From assembly GCF_009914755.1 (NCBI RefSeq), contig NC_060932.1: a DNA stretch of 64,000 nucleotides; one strand, written 5' to 3'. A model generated the notes under the pieces. It ran no database searches and was not told the DNA's origin. It was given only the letters and a program-made list of their open reading frames with translations. How positions within the stretch are numbered: the first letter of the stretch is position 1; the number at the start of each line of letters is the position of its first letter. A program made the position numbers and the translations under genes. This document shows, piece after piece, positions 42,649-56,365 of this stretch. This DNA is from the human T2T-CHM13v2.0 reference genome, Homo sapiens.

Positions 42649-44269
42649 GTGTGGTAGAGTTTTTTAAAAAGTACGCTAAAGACATTGCAAGTTAAAAAAT
42701 ATAAAACAGCAACCCCTGGCGGTTATTTTAAAGCAGAGGGAGTCCACATGAAAAGCAATGCATCAAAGGGAGAAAATGGCAATCTGGAGATGTCAACTCT
42801 TACAAATTAACTCATTTATTTGTTTGTTAATAACTCGTTAAACATTCAGTGTTTGCCAAGTTCTAGGGGATATAGAAATGGGAAAATCAAGGTTCTTGCT
42901 CTTAAGAAACTCACCTAACATGGCAAATAGCTCCATCATAATTTTAGTACCATTGTTTAACTTTGGGAGCATGCCTTGTGCTAGCACAGTAAGTAATTGT
43001 TAGAAGAGATGGCCTCTGATCAGTGGCCCTTACAATATTTGCTATCACAGTGTTTTCCTGGGTGTGGCCTATATGGTCAGTGTGTATAGTCTGCTTGAAT
43101 CTGGTATGCAGATCTGCCAATCACTTGCACCTGGCAAGCCCCATTATTGCTATTCACACTATCATTGATTTAAATAACCGTGGTGCTTAACTTCTCAAGG
43201 ATACCACTCTGGAGGGTATACAGATTTAGATAGAATTAAAGTAAACTGGGGCAGTGTATTTGGTTACAGAATATAGCAATGTGTCCTACTAAGGGCAGCA
43301 TCTCTGTCAGGGGAAAGCTATATTTAACTCACTCTTTTTTAATTGCTTGGATGTAGTGCTATGAACATTAAAATTTAATCTCATTGGAAATGTCCCCTTT
43401 TTATAGATCCCAGGCCTTTCTCAGATTTTAAAAAAAATGCATTTACCTCATTTTAGCAAAGAGTAAAGACTACATCATGCAAAAGAATATTAACAGAAAA
43501 TATATTGTTTTAAAATGATGCATGTTTCAATATCTAAGACATAAAATAGGTAAGTAAATAAATTTTAATAAGGTTAGCGTAGTTACACATTTATTTCCTC
43601 TTTTATAAACCCAGAAGAGAATGGGACACAAAGTATAATTGTGTAAACTTGGAGCATTAGCTAGTAGGATGCCACAAATAAAGTGGGTCATGAAGATTTT
43701 CAGGATATACAGAAAGTATTTATATTTGTGACATATAGACAATATGGATGTGATGGCTCATTTGTAAAAATTCTCTCATTTGCAGAGTGCAGAAGCATCT
43801 TCAGTTGGAGAGCCATTGCCTCTTGCTGTGAAATATTTGGGAATCTTCAGAAACCATGAAGAATAACCTGCTAAAGGTAATAATCATACAGAATTAGATT
43901 CTGATGCTTGCTTGGGAAGGTGTATGGTGGTTTCTCCCACCAAAGTAAAAATGTCTTCTTATCTGGAAAACTGCAGTGACTCTCCACCCCTCTGCCCTGG
44001 TCCTTTCCATTGTTAGACTATTTCTTGCTGTACTGAATTGAATCTTCCTTTTATCAATTATTTCCCTTTAGATTGATGAGTGAAAATCCATCTTAAGATG
44101 GATTAAAGTACTGCTTTCCAAAAGTTGAAGATAACTCTCATGTCAACTTATCCAGAGGAAAACATTTACATAGTTCTATATTCTTCAGACTCTTCTATGG
44201 CTTTTTCATAGTATCAACATAGGTAAACTCATTAGTCTGTTGTGAAAGAAACAAAAGATGCCTACTCTA

Positions 44270-44460
44270 GGTAATGGGCTAGGTACTTACAAACACATAT
44301 TTTCATTTTATTTTTATAGTAATCTGAGGAAGATGTGATCAATCAGTAGTCCGAATGGTAAGGTTAAGTAAGTTGCTCCAACCAGACTAGTGAGTGGCTG
44401 AGCTGGTATTCCCAAGCAGAGCCTTTGACTTCATCTTCAGGTGTCTCCACTTCTCCATTG
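44270..44460 (-). mobile_element. MIR
   Basis: aggttaagtaagttgc ... tagtgagtggctgagctggtattc. Confidence 0.65.
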
Positions 44461-44518
44461 CTACCGTAAGAGTGACTGGCCACCTATGAGATACTAATTA
44501 AAGGATTGGCATTTACAG

Positions 44519-44707
44519 CAGCAGTGCTCAGACTTGAGTGGGTGGCCGAGTCACCTGCGGGGGGCATGTTGAAACACAGATTTCTGCATCCTACTCCAGA
44601 GTTTCAGATTCAGCATGTCTGGGATGAGGCCCAAGAATGTGCATTTCTACACATCTCCAGATGGTGCTAATGCTGATGTCTGGAGACCACATTTCGAGAA
44701 TCACTGA
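44519..44707. mobile_element. MER5A
   Basis: agagtttcagattcagcatgtctgggatgaggcccaagaatgtgcatttcta ... gaccacatttcgagaatcactg. Confidence 0.85.
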
Positions 44708-44859
44708 TTTAGAGTTCCTCAGCATTTGTCTGCAGGACCCTGTAATCAGATCAATACCCTTGATTAACAGGAAAACAATAGAAAGCACTGCCTTTCCCAG
44801 GAAGCCTACTCTCATGTAGTAAGGCCTCTTCTGCCCCCTACACCATCCTCCAACTTCCC

Positions 44860-45082
44860 TGTTTTCACACTCTCACAAGCCATCACCCTTTTAATTCTAT
44901 AATCAACTGAGCCTATCTCTGTTATTGCATTTGTCACAATGTTTGCAAAATATATATTTTCTCCCTTTTCCCCAACAAGATTGTGGGGCTCTTAAGGGCA
45001 GAGGCTATTTGATTTCTTTCTGTACCCCTGACATCTAGAAAAGAGTTTAACATTCAGCAGAAACTCAATTTTAAAATGAACG
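44860..45082 (+). mobile_element. L2 3' end
   Basis: ctcttaagggcagaggctat ... tctgtacccctgacatctag ... agcagaaactcaat. Confidence 0.65.
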
Positions 45083-45149
45083 AGGGAAAAAATATGGCTT
45101 GGTAATTACATTTCTGGGAACCAGAAAGCTATGAACATAACTGGTATGT

Positions 45150-45440
45150 CTTTGACAACATAAGAATTCAAAAAACATTTGAAAGGTGTGTGCCAAAATG
45201 AAAGAGATAAAACTCATAAAGAAAATGCAAATTTTCAAATTCAGATTCAAAAGTCACTTGATTAAATACAGAATCGAGACAAACAGTCTTTGTTGAGGTT
45301 GATGTGAAAAATTCTTAGGGGGTTTTAGTTCAATATGAATGAATAGTATGAAGTGACTGCTAGAACAATTAGTACAACTATGAGCTTTATATAGAGAGGT
45401 AGAGTATTTAGATTTAATACAGTCACGGTATTTGCTACGT
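45150..45440 (+). mobile_element. L3/CR1 fragment
   Basis: tgtgaaaaattcttagggggttttagtt...caatatgaatgaatagtatgaagtgactgc resembles the CR1 RT C-terminal (EKDLGVLV) DNA. Confidence 0.55.
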
Positions 45441-46702
45441 TTTTAGTTTAAAGGCAATATCAGTGTTTGAAAGAAAGGAGCCTAGCAGGAGGCTGGGTTC
45501 ATGTTCCCAATACCTCCTTATTATACCAAAGCCAGATTTAACTATAAAGCACATAGTCTTTCATTTGGTCTATTTTAATTTTACTTCAGAAAGATTTCAT
45601 TGATTTTTTTCTTTTTTAATTTAAGAGCAGCAAACTTTTTCCTGTAGTTTCTCTTTCCTTTTTCCAGCTTGGAGGAAGCTGTAGCCAATTTCTTCTTATA
45701 GCATTTACCATTGAAAATTGACTTCCATTGTTCATGCCTCTTTCACCAACTCCTAATATTTTGAAATGGGTCTCTTTTGAACTTAAAAGTTCATAAGTTT
45801 AGTCTTAGTTCAGGTAAGAAGATTACTGAAGGAAAAAAATGGCTTAAATGAAAACCATTTATTTTTTCCTAGCTATCTACATAGACTAGCTAACTAATTT
45901 CCAATCAGAAAAAAAGTCCTGATAACTCTTTTAGGAAATATTGAATTTAAAAATAAGTGATATTTAAAACTGAAAAAACAAAATTCTTAGTTTCAGAAAA
46001 AGTAAAAACCAGAAATGGAAAAAAAAATTGTAGCTGGTCAGCGGCTCCCATTCTGAGTTTGAATTTGGCATAAAACATAGCATTTAAAAAAGGGTTCGAG
46101 AGAAGTTGGTGCTTTTTTTTCTTTTATGGCATGATTCTATTTGTATTTTCCCCATACTTCTCTGGCCTCCCATTCTCTATTTTCTTTGCTGGACAGGACA
46201 TTTACTTATGGGTCCCAAATTGTCCTCCTTGTAGTTATTCCCAAAGTCTCAGTTCTTGACTCCTAGCTCTTCCCTTTCCATATTCTTCTTCAGAAAAAAA
46301 TACCTTTTCCCACTGTACTTTTTAAATAGCTTTAACTCTCATCATCATATAGCTGATTTTAATGCATAACATCCAATTCTATTTTTAACCTTAGATTCAG
46401 TTCCATATTTTTAGTTGTCTACTTAATTTCATGTGAATGCCTTTAATTATCTCAAATTTATTGTTCTTTCCATTGGGATATATTACCTTTCTGCTCCAGT
46501 CAGATATTTCTCCTAAATTTTTTAGCCTTACCAAAGCACCATCATTCTCTAGATTAATTAAATTTAAACTTTTATATCAACTTCAAAATATTTTCTTTTT
46601 TCACCCTTTGTGTGTAGCTAGTCATCAACTTCTTTTATTGTTTCTTCCAAAAAATGCCTTTTTTTCCCATGCCCATTGCTGTAGTCAAAGTTCAGGCTCT
46701 CC

Positions 46703-47222
46703 TTGTGGATTATCTCAGTCACTCGCTCACTGTTCCCGCTTAGTGCGACTGCTCCATCCCCAAAATCAGGAACTTGCAGCGCTCCCTAGCATGTGCCTTA
46801 CCACATCCTGTCCCCAACTGGAGCATGGCTGCGCAATTTATTTAAGCCAGGAATTTGGAGTTGGAGTCTCAAATGACAGGCAGATGAACAAAGGTCATGT
46901 TGGATGGGAATAACTGCTTTTTGTCTATGTGTATACTGTGTAGGTGATAGGCAAGCTAAAGGGTACTAAGAGAAGCAAGAATGTTTTGCTACCTAGCAGA
47001 GAAGGGGCTGGGCCAAGAGTCAGGTGACTTCCTGAGATATTGAGGGAGGAGCCTCACTTGCTGGCTTTCTGGTCAAGCCTCTGGGTGGCTTGACCTAGTT
47101 TCTTTCTTGTCCTGAGATACTTGTGAGTTTGCAGCTTGAATTCTTGTACTGTCTCCCTTTACTTAAGTTAACTGGATTGAGATTTTGTTTCTTGCAAAAA
47201 AACATGTCCTTACCCCAGTACC
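46703..47222 (+). mobile_element. ERVL/MaLR LTR (LTR33-like)
   Basis: 3' terminus tccctttacttaagttaactggattgagattttgtttcttgcaa. Confidence 0.55.
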
Positions 47223-47702
47223 ACTTTTCAGTCAATCACACATGGGTTGTAGTCATAGCTTTTTAGTTCACCGCATTAACACTAAGATGTAGGGATTTAA
47301 ATCATTCTTACATTCACCTGCTAGATTAATATTCCTAAGTAAATTATCGGATTCCTGTTAAAAAGTCTAACCCTCTAGAAGTGCACCTCTAACTGCTACC
47401 AAAACTCAAGCATCTCTTCCTGGCTTTTATTAATTAGAATATACAGATTCAGCTTTACATATTTAATCAAATTTCTCCCTTCTATCAATATAAACCCTCC
47501 ACTCAGTCAGGCTGGTTTATCCCAGAAATGCCATGTGCATTCCTCACTCCATGACTTGAAATGTGGCCTTCACTTGAAATGCTGCTGCATTATCTCCTCC
47601 ATCTGTCCAGGTCCTACCTGTTATTTCTACACCTTTGGCCTGATATAGCTCCATGCTTCAGCAAACATACAGCTGGCAAATTATCCTTTAAAACTTAGTT
47701 CA

Positions 47703-48020
<318 letters not shown>

Positions 48021-50299
48021 AAAATTTAGTTCTGGCATTATCTGATTTAGAAAGCTTTCTCTGATCCCTGTACTTCAACAATGCTCCCCTATCTGTATAA
48101 TTGCCCTAATATTGTATTGACATCACGTTTTATATATTTATGTTTCCCAGAATAACTGTGTGTACCATTAAGTCAGGGCATAAATAAACTTTATGTCCTT
48201 TGAAATTAACAGAGTGCTTGGTAGAGAGTAGTTCTTAGTGAATGAATGCCAAATGAGTGAATGAATGAATGAACAAATGTCTGCCTTTTAAGATTCAAGT
48301 TAAGTTCAACCTTCCCAATGAAGCCTTCTCCCATTATTCTCAGCATTTACTAATGTTCTTTTCTTCCACACATAGATTTTGCTACACAATTTAGTATTCA
48401 ATTACATAATTTTCATGCTTTTCAAATTTTGTTTTATCTTCTAATCTTCTTTTTCTTAACCCGAATAAAATTTCTTGAATGTTAGGAAACATGCCATTGT
48501 CTCATTCTGTGTTATTTTCCACACTGTTTAGTAGGGAATATATGCCGTTGTTCATATTTGTTGAGTATAATTGCTCAAGAGCTATATCTCTGAAAGAATT
48601 AGAGTTGGTGTCTTATGTAATTTGTCTAGAATTACTTCTGCAAATATATTTATACTTCATCTGAAATAAAAGATACAGCATCCAAAAACATTGTTCCTCA
48701 TTGGCACAACACAGTAATGTCACTTCCTTTCTGTATCTGATCTTTTTTTTTTCTCATTTGGCAGTGATTTTATAGTAATAAGTCCCATCCTAACAAATGC
48801 CAGTCTAGGGGGCCAACATGTTCCTTTGCTTTATGTCTCATAGTTAAGCCTCTGATTTGGTTGAAACACTGTCGAAATATAGGAGAGAATTGTTGTGATT
48901 CATCCTGATTTAGAAAGTTCACATTTGCCAAAATCCACCTTCTTTGTCAGATGCTCATTTTGAAACTTGAGAAATTTGGCTAGAAATGAGTACTAATTTG
49001 AGAATGGTGCCAAAAGGTAGGAACTAATTAAAAAATGAAAAGAAAATACAAAAACCCAAAACCAAACAGAGCTCCTTTACTTTAATCAATGTTCTTCAAA
49101 AGGTAATTTTTTGCTGTTAGTTAGAGGGCCATGAAAAATAAGGAGTTCTTTTTTAAAAAGACAATAAAAATTGATGTGATTTCTATTAAGTCAAGATTAA
49201 GTATGTTAATCAGTTTCTTTGAAAAAACAAAAGATTGACTTCATAATTTTAAATCAGAAATATATTAAAAGTCAAGAAAAACATCCCTTGTATAATTACC
49301 TACTGTAATTGCATCTAATTTTTAATAAAAAATTTAGTTAAAAACTATCCATATGGGAAAGAGTAATTCATCCTAATTCATATGAGATATTGTGGGCACT
49401 AGAGTGAGACTTGAGAAAAGTTCAGACCATTTTAATAATCTTCTTTCCCCTACCCAGTATTAATAAATTTAAAGGCAACTGGACACTTGGAAATAATCTT
49501 TCTCTGGTCTTTCTAAATGAAAAGCTGTCAAGGCATCACTATTTGGGTTGCTGTTGCAGTGATACCGTAACTGTAGCAACCGTATGCTGATGAACCAGCT
49601 TCTATCAGGAATGTGTTTTATAAATTCCCATGAGGCTTCAGCAGCTTGGTAAGCCAAAGGGGAACATATTTCAAATTAATTGTTCCCATTTTATGTGATA
49701 AAAAAAATCAGCCAGGCTCCTCTGTGACAAACCTGCTTTATTGTGTCAGTAATGGAACCACACATTTAATTGACAAGTGACAGTTTCTTGCTGTTCTATT
49801 TCCTTTGTTATTTATTATATTATGAGCGGGTGTCTGTGGTGCTGAGAATGCCTATGGTGGTAGGAAGGCAGTGTAAATATGGTCAGTTCTGTTAGTGTAC
49901 CAAACAGGAGTCCCTTACCTTACCCTATAATATTGTTTTTCACTGTTTGTTTATACCTTGAATTTTAGTAAACTGAATTATATTTTTCATCCACAAGGGG
50001 GTGAAAAATATAATTTTACTTTACTTTTTCTAAAGTAAAAGGTCCCTTTGTATTATAATACAAACAATTGGTCAAGAGAAAAGGAGAACTCAGATTCAGT
50101 AGGGTTATACTTGAGAAGAACTAGGAAATCTAGCCAGAACTCCATGACCATTAAGCTTTATCACCTAGGGAAAGCACAATTTGAATTCGAATCTCTAAGA
50201 GTCTTGCTTTTAATCTCTGTGGAAGAGACGTTAACTTTAAAAGCTGATATTTTTAGCATAATCTATTATACCATATTTTTAAGAAATATGTTTACTTAT

Positions 50300-50665
50300 T
50301 GTTTGAGCTTGGACTGTTAAAACATAAATATAATAGATTGGGTGGCTTAAACACCACATTTATTTCTCGCCATTTTGGAGGCTGAAAGGACCTCCAAAGG
50401 TCAAGGTGCCAGCAAATCTGGTGTCTATTAAGGGCTGGAGTACTAGCGTCCAGACTACTGTCTTCTCATTGTATCCTCACATGATGGAGAGAAATGAGAG
50501 AAACAGAGCATTCTCTCCAGTTTCTTCTTATAAAATAACTAATCCCATCTGAGAGCTCCACCCTCATGACCTAATTACTTCCCAAGGGCCTCATCTCCAA
50601 ATACCAACATACTGAGTTTCAATATGTGAATTTTAGGGGGACACAAACATTCAGTTCATGAGACA
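50300..50665 (-). mobile_element. MLT1A-type MaLR LTR
   Basis: gggtggcttaaacaccacatttatttctc ... tcaaggtgccagca ... ccctcatgacctaattac ... ggggacacaaacattcag. Confidence 0.85.
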
Positions 50666-52601
50666 TATAATAGACTATGTAATAAAAATAAAAATAAGTT
50701 TTTGCATAGAATGTAATAGAAAGAATGTTGCTCCCTCACTAATAATGAGGAAAATACATATAAACTACAAATATGACTTTTTTAAATCTGTCAGTGGGCT
50801 GAGGTCCTAGATAAATCAAGTCACCTCAAATCCCGGGAGGGCAGATCCCCCACCCCCCAACCTCCTGCAAGGAGAGATGGAACACATGTACTACCTCCAC
50901 TGTGGGAGTTATGGTAGGAGGAAAGGGCCACCCCATAAGAGGGAAGAAAGAATTAGCTAAAATTGTATGAATTGTCAAAGGTTGAGATTCAGCTAGTGTG
51001 ACAGTATAGACTTTCTGGGAGCCTCAGACCCAAGGGGCATTTGCAGCACCCTCACAGACTATATACCATTTCCACTGAGTGTTCATGAAAAACAATTAGG
51101 GGTTGAACATGAGGAAAGGTCTGTCACACTCAGGGCAAAGAATCAGGGTTGCTGGAGAAAGAGACAAAAAAACTCCCTTACTCCTGGGCAGGAAAGAGGG
51201 CTGAACCAATACTAATACCATTAGAGGTCTCCTGCTTCTATGGAAGGGACAGAAAACATATGCTCTCACAAAGCACCACCACAGACACAGGCAGAGTTTG
51301 ACTGCTGTGGGGAAGAGGGAAAGGAATATGATAAAACTCCACCTGAAGGCTCAGGCTCACAGGGCTTCCTTAGGATTGATGCTCAACCAGGACAACAGGG
51401 CCCTCTCTCTGCTAGCCTAGCAAGCAGTGACAGCCTATTTCAGCCTACCCCTGAAGGAAGGGCAAGAGGCTGGGGAGAGGCCTCTCCCTCTCACCCCTGT
51501 GGCAAAGGTATAAAGGAGTGATTGTAAGATGAGGATGAATCACAAATACTGAGAAAAACCTCATAGCAATCTCACTTCCCAGCCTAAACTCAGGGCATTC
51601 TTAGAACAATTAGATGCTTTATAGAGCACTGAAGATATTCATACCAACAAGGAAATCTAAACTCAACTAAATAACTAAATTCTGACTAGATTGATACAAT
51701 CCCTCTTACTAAGTGCCTGAAAAGATCTGTGCCCATTTATAGGCACATATACTATTTACCTCAGTCTTTTCCAAACAATACCATAGACTGGTCTAAAATA
51801 TGTGTAATTACAATCCAAGATGAGTAAGAGTGAAGACAAAACAGAAGAAATATTTAAAGAAATAATAGTGTAGTTTTTTTCCCAAAATAAAGACATTAAG
51901 CCATGTGTTCAAGAGATACCAAGAATCACAAACAAGAATTAAAATACGCATACACAAACACACATATAAACTAGACACATCATATTCAAACTGCTGAAAA
52001 CCAAAGATAAAATGAAAATCTTGAAGGCAACCAGAGGGGGTTAAACACATTACATATGGAATAACAAAGATAAAAACGACTGTATACATCTCATCCAAAA
52101 CTATGCAAGCTAGAAGAAAATTGAATAACATCTTTAAAGTTTTGAAAGAAAAAACAAACCCTCTGTCAATTCTTAATTCTATGACAGTGATAATTTATTT
52201 CAGATGCAAACATGAACTAAAGCATTTTTAAGACAATCTAAAGTTTAGAGAAGTGATTTCCATCAGATTCATGCTAGAAGAAATATTAAAGAATGTCTTT
52301 CAGGCAGATGTGAATCAGAAACATGTACCTACAAAAAGAAATGAAGAGTTCCAGATATTGTAAAAAGTTAAGGTAAATATTTAAAAGTTTTTTTATTTTT
52401 ATTTACTGAAAAAGATAAGAGATTAAAGAAAAATTGTAAAATATTGTGGTATTTATAACATAAAATTAAAATGTATGACAACAATAACACAAAGATGGGA
52501 GAAAGGTTTGCAAACACACTGCTATAAGGTTTGCACAGTCTACTTGAAGTGCTGTGATATTATTTGAAGGTAGGTTGTGATAAGTTAAAGATGTATATTG
52601 C

Positions 52602-52929
52602 CTAGGGAAACCACAAAGCAATTAGAAATAGATGTATAAATAAGTCAGTAGTGAAGATAAAGGAATCATTTAAAAAGTACCCAATCCAATAGTAGGCAGA
52701 CAAAGGGGAGAAAGAGGACAAAGAACAAATGAAAAAATAGAAAACAAAATCTAGCAAGATGGTAGCTAGGGAAAGCACAAAGCAATTAGAAATAGATGGA
52801 TAAATAAGTCAATAGTAAAGATAAACAAATCATTTAAAAGGTACCCAATCCAATAGTAGGCAGAAAAAGCAGAGAAAGAGGACAAAGGACAGATGAAAAC
52901 ATAGAAAACAAAATCTAGCAAGATGGTAG
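52602..52929 (+). repeat. 164-bp x2 tandem duplication
   Basis: 52602-52765 and 52766-52929 align without gaps; 13 mismatches by hand count. Confidence 0.95.
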
Positions 52930-54031
52930 ATTTAAATCTAACTATGTCAATGATTATATTACATGATCCTAAGCACTCAAATTAAAAGACAAGTTTGCCA
53001 AAGTTGAGGAAGGCAGCAGGCAGGACTTACTTCAACGAATTAATTTCAAATATAAAGACATAGCTAGGCTAAAAGTAAAATGATTAAGAAAGATATACAA
53101 TAAAAATGAATCAAAACAATTCAAGAGAGACTGTGTTGATATTAAATAAAGTAGATTTCAGAAAAAGGAATATCTCCACAGAAGAAAGGGACAGTTCATA
53201 ATGATAAAATGATTAATTTACCAAAAATGCATAAAATCTTAAATGTATATATGGTTACCAAAGAGCTTTAAAATACATGAAGCAAAAACTGATAGACTGA
53301 AGGAGAAATAAAGAAAAGCATAATTATTATTTAAGATTTCAACACTCTTCTTTCAATAGTTGATTGAGCAAATAGACAAAATATCAGTAATGACAAGGAA
53401 GATCTGAACAACCAATTTTACCAAATTGGCATTTATAGAACATTTAATCCAACAACAGAGAATGCACATTCTTTTCAAGTAAAAACAGAATATTCAACAG
53501 GATAGGCCATACCCTGAACTGTGAAGAAACCTCAACAAATTCAAAAGAATTAAAACCGTACAAAACATGTTCTCTATCCATATTACAATTAAATTAAAAA
53601 TCAATGAGAAATCTACCTGGATAATTCCCAGATATTTGGAAATTAAACAACATACTTCTAATTGAGTCTTTGGTCAAAGTTGAAGCCGCGAGGAAAATTG
53701 GAAAGTATTTTAAATTGAATGAGAATGAATATGTATATTTATTTGATTTGAGCATACTGGAATTTGAGAGAGACATTGACAATGTTGCTTCAAGAGAAAT
53801 TAATAGCTTTAAATGTTAATGCTTGTATTAAATAAAGAAAAGTCTCAAATCAATGATTTAAGCTTCCTTATTAAGAAGTAGAAAAATAAGGGCAAATTAA
53901 CTCCCCCCAAATCAGAAGTAATTTGTTACAGAAATTAATAAAATTGAAGAATGAAAAAGAAAAGCAATAAAGTCACTGAAATCAAAAGCTAGTGCTTTGA
54001 GAAAATTAATAAAATTGATAAATCTTTACAC

Positions 54032-54246
54032 TAGAATTTTTAAACCTTGACACAACTGAAATTTCAAGCTAGGTAATATTTTCTTTTTCAAGGGCTGCCC
54101 TATACAGGATATTTGACAGCATCTCTGACCTCTACCCACTACATGCCTGTAGCATCCCACCAAACTTGTGGGATGATGAAACATGTTTCCAGACATTGTC
54201 AAATGTTCTTTGGAAGGCAGTATTGCCCCCAGTTTAGAACCACTTC
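54032..54246. mobile_element. MER20 (hAT-Charlie)
   Basis: cagcatctctgacctctacccactacatgcc ... tccagacattgtcaaatgt ... cccccagtttagaaccact; near-TSD ctttacac/ctctagac. Confidence 0.85.
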
Positions 54247-55950
54247 TCTAGACAGATTGATTAAAAAAAAAAAAAAGCATGCTTAAATGACCAATATCAG
54301 AAATGAAAGATGGGTCCTCACTAAAGATCATACTAATATTAAAAAGATAATAAAGGAAATATATGAACTATTTTATGACAGTACAACATCTTACATGAAA
54401 TGAACAAATTATTTGAAAGACACTACCAAAAATCACTAAATAAGAAATAGAGAATCTGTGTAGTCCTATTTCTATTCAAGAAAACTGCTGGTCCAGATTA
54501 CTTTGCTGAAAAGTTCTACCAAACATTTAAAGAAGAAATTATTCTTCTACACATACGCTTCCAGAAAATAGGAGAGTAGAAAACACTTCCCAATGCAATT
54601 TTCTGTTATCTTTGTAGAAAAGCCAGCTAAAGACATTGCAATTAAACTACAAACTATATCGATCATAAAGAGAGGACACAAAAATTCTCAATAAAATATT
54701 AGCCAACTGAAACCAGCAGTATATTAAACAGATATACATCATGAAAAAGTAGGGGTTATTCTCAGGATGTAAAGTTGATTTGACATTTGAAAGTTTAACA
54801 ATGCAATTTACTGTGTTGATAAAAATGAAGAAAAATTATATGACTAATCTCAATAGATGAAAAAAAACTTTTAACAAATTCAACATCCATTCATGAATTT
54901 AAAAAAGCATCTCAGAAAACTAGAAATGGAAGAGAACATTCTCAAGATAATAAAAGGCATCTATAGAAGTCCTATAGCTAACATTATACTCAATGGTGAA
55001 AGATTGAATGCATTCTTCGTAAGATTGGGAATATTGCAAAGATGTCTGCTTTTACCTCTCCTACTCAATCTCATTATTTCTATCAGTCCAACAAAACAAG
55101 ACAAATGAATGTAATATTTGCAGACTGGAAAAGAACTAAATTGTCTCTATTAACAGATATTATGATTGTCTAAGTAGGAAATCTTGAAAATGTATGAAAA
55201 AAGCTAGTAGAACTAATAAGTAAGTTTAGCAGAGTTTAGGATGTAAAATTAACTGTATTATTATATACCAGCAATAAAAATCTGAAATTATTTTACAATA
55301 CTACCATTTATAATAGTATCAAAAACACAAAATATTTTGTAAATATAGCAAAATATGTACAAGATTGAATACTGAAAACTTTAAAACATTGAGCAGGAAA
55401 TCAAAGGGGATTGAAATGAATGGAGATATTTACTATAATCAGGTTTAGAAATATTGAGTTTGGAATACTCAGTATTGTTAAAATGTCAATTCTCCACATG
55501 TTGATCTATATTCAGGTTTTTTTGTAGAAGTTTACAAGTAAATATTAAAATGTATGTGGAAAAGCAAAGGAATTAGAATAGCCAAAAATCTTTGAAAAAG
55601 AAGAACAAGTTGGAACATTCAAACTATCTGATTTCAAGACTCACTCTAAATCTATAGTAATCAGAACAGTGTGATGTCAGTGAAAGAACAAACACACAGA
55701 TAAATGGAACAGAATAGAACGCTGAGAAATAGAATCATGCAATTGATTTTCAACAAAGGGATCAATATTTTAAGGTAGAAAAATCATCTTTCCAACAAAT
55801 GATGCCAACATAACTGAACATCCAATTGGAAAAAAGAAAAAATTACTTAGATTTCTATTTCACCCTGTGTACAAAAATGAACCCATAATGAATCACAGAA
55901 AAAAAAATGTAAAGCCTAACTCTATAAAACTTTTATAAAAAGCAAAGAAG

Positions 55951-56252
55951 AGCTGGATGCAGTGGCTCATGCCTATAATCCTGGCACTTTGGGAGGCCAA
56001 AGCAGAAGGATCTCTTGAGGCCAGGAGTTCAAGACCAGCCTATTAAAAAAAATTATCTGGGCATGGTGGTGCATACCTGTAATCCTAGATACTCAAGAGG
56101 CTGAGGTGGGAAGATCCCTGGATCCCAGGAGTTCAATGCTGCAGTGAGCTATAATTGTGTCACTGCACTCCAGCCCAGGTGACAAAGAGAGATCCTTTCT
56201 CTGAAAAAACAGCAACAACTACAAAACAAAACAAAACAAAACAAAACAAAAA
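55951..56252 (+). mobile_element. AluJ with internal deletion
   Basis: ggatctcttgaggccaggagttcaagaccagcc; (CAAAA)n tail. Confidence 0.88.
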
Positions 56253-56365
56253 ACAAAGAAAAAAATCTGTGGGACTTTGTATTAGGCCAGGATTTATTTA
56301 TTAGGTAGGACACAAAAAGCATGAATCATTAGAGAAAAAATATGTTAAGAAAATGAAAAAAAAAA

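Noticed and set aside
47071-47095. 9-bp stem ggtcaagcc/ggcttgacc
   Set aside because: Within chance expectation and inside an old LTR.
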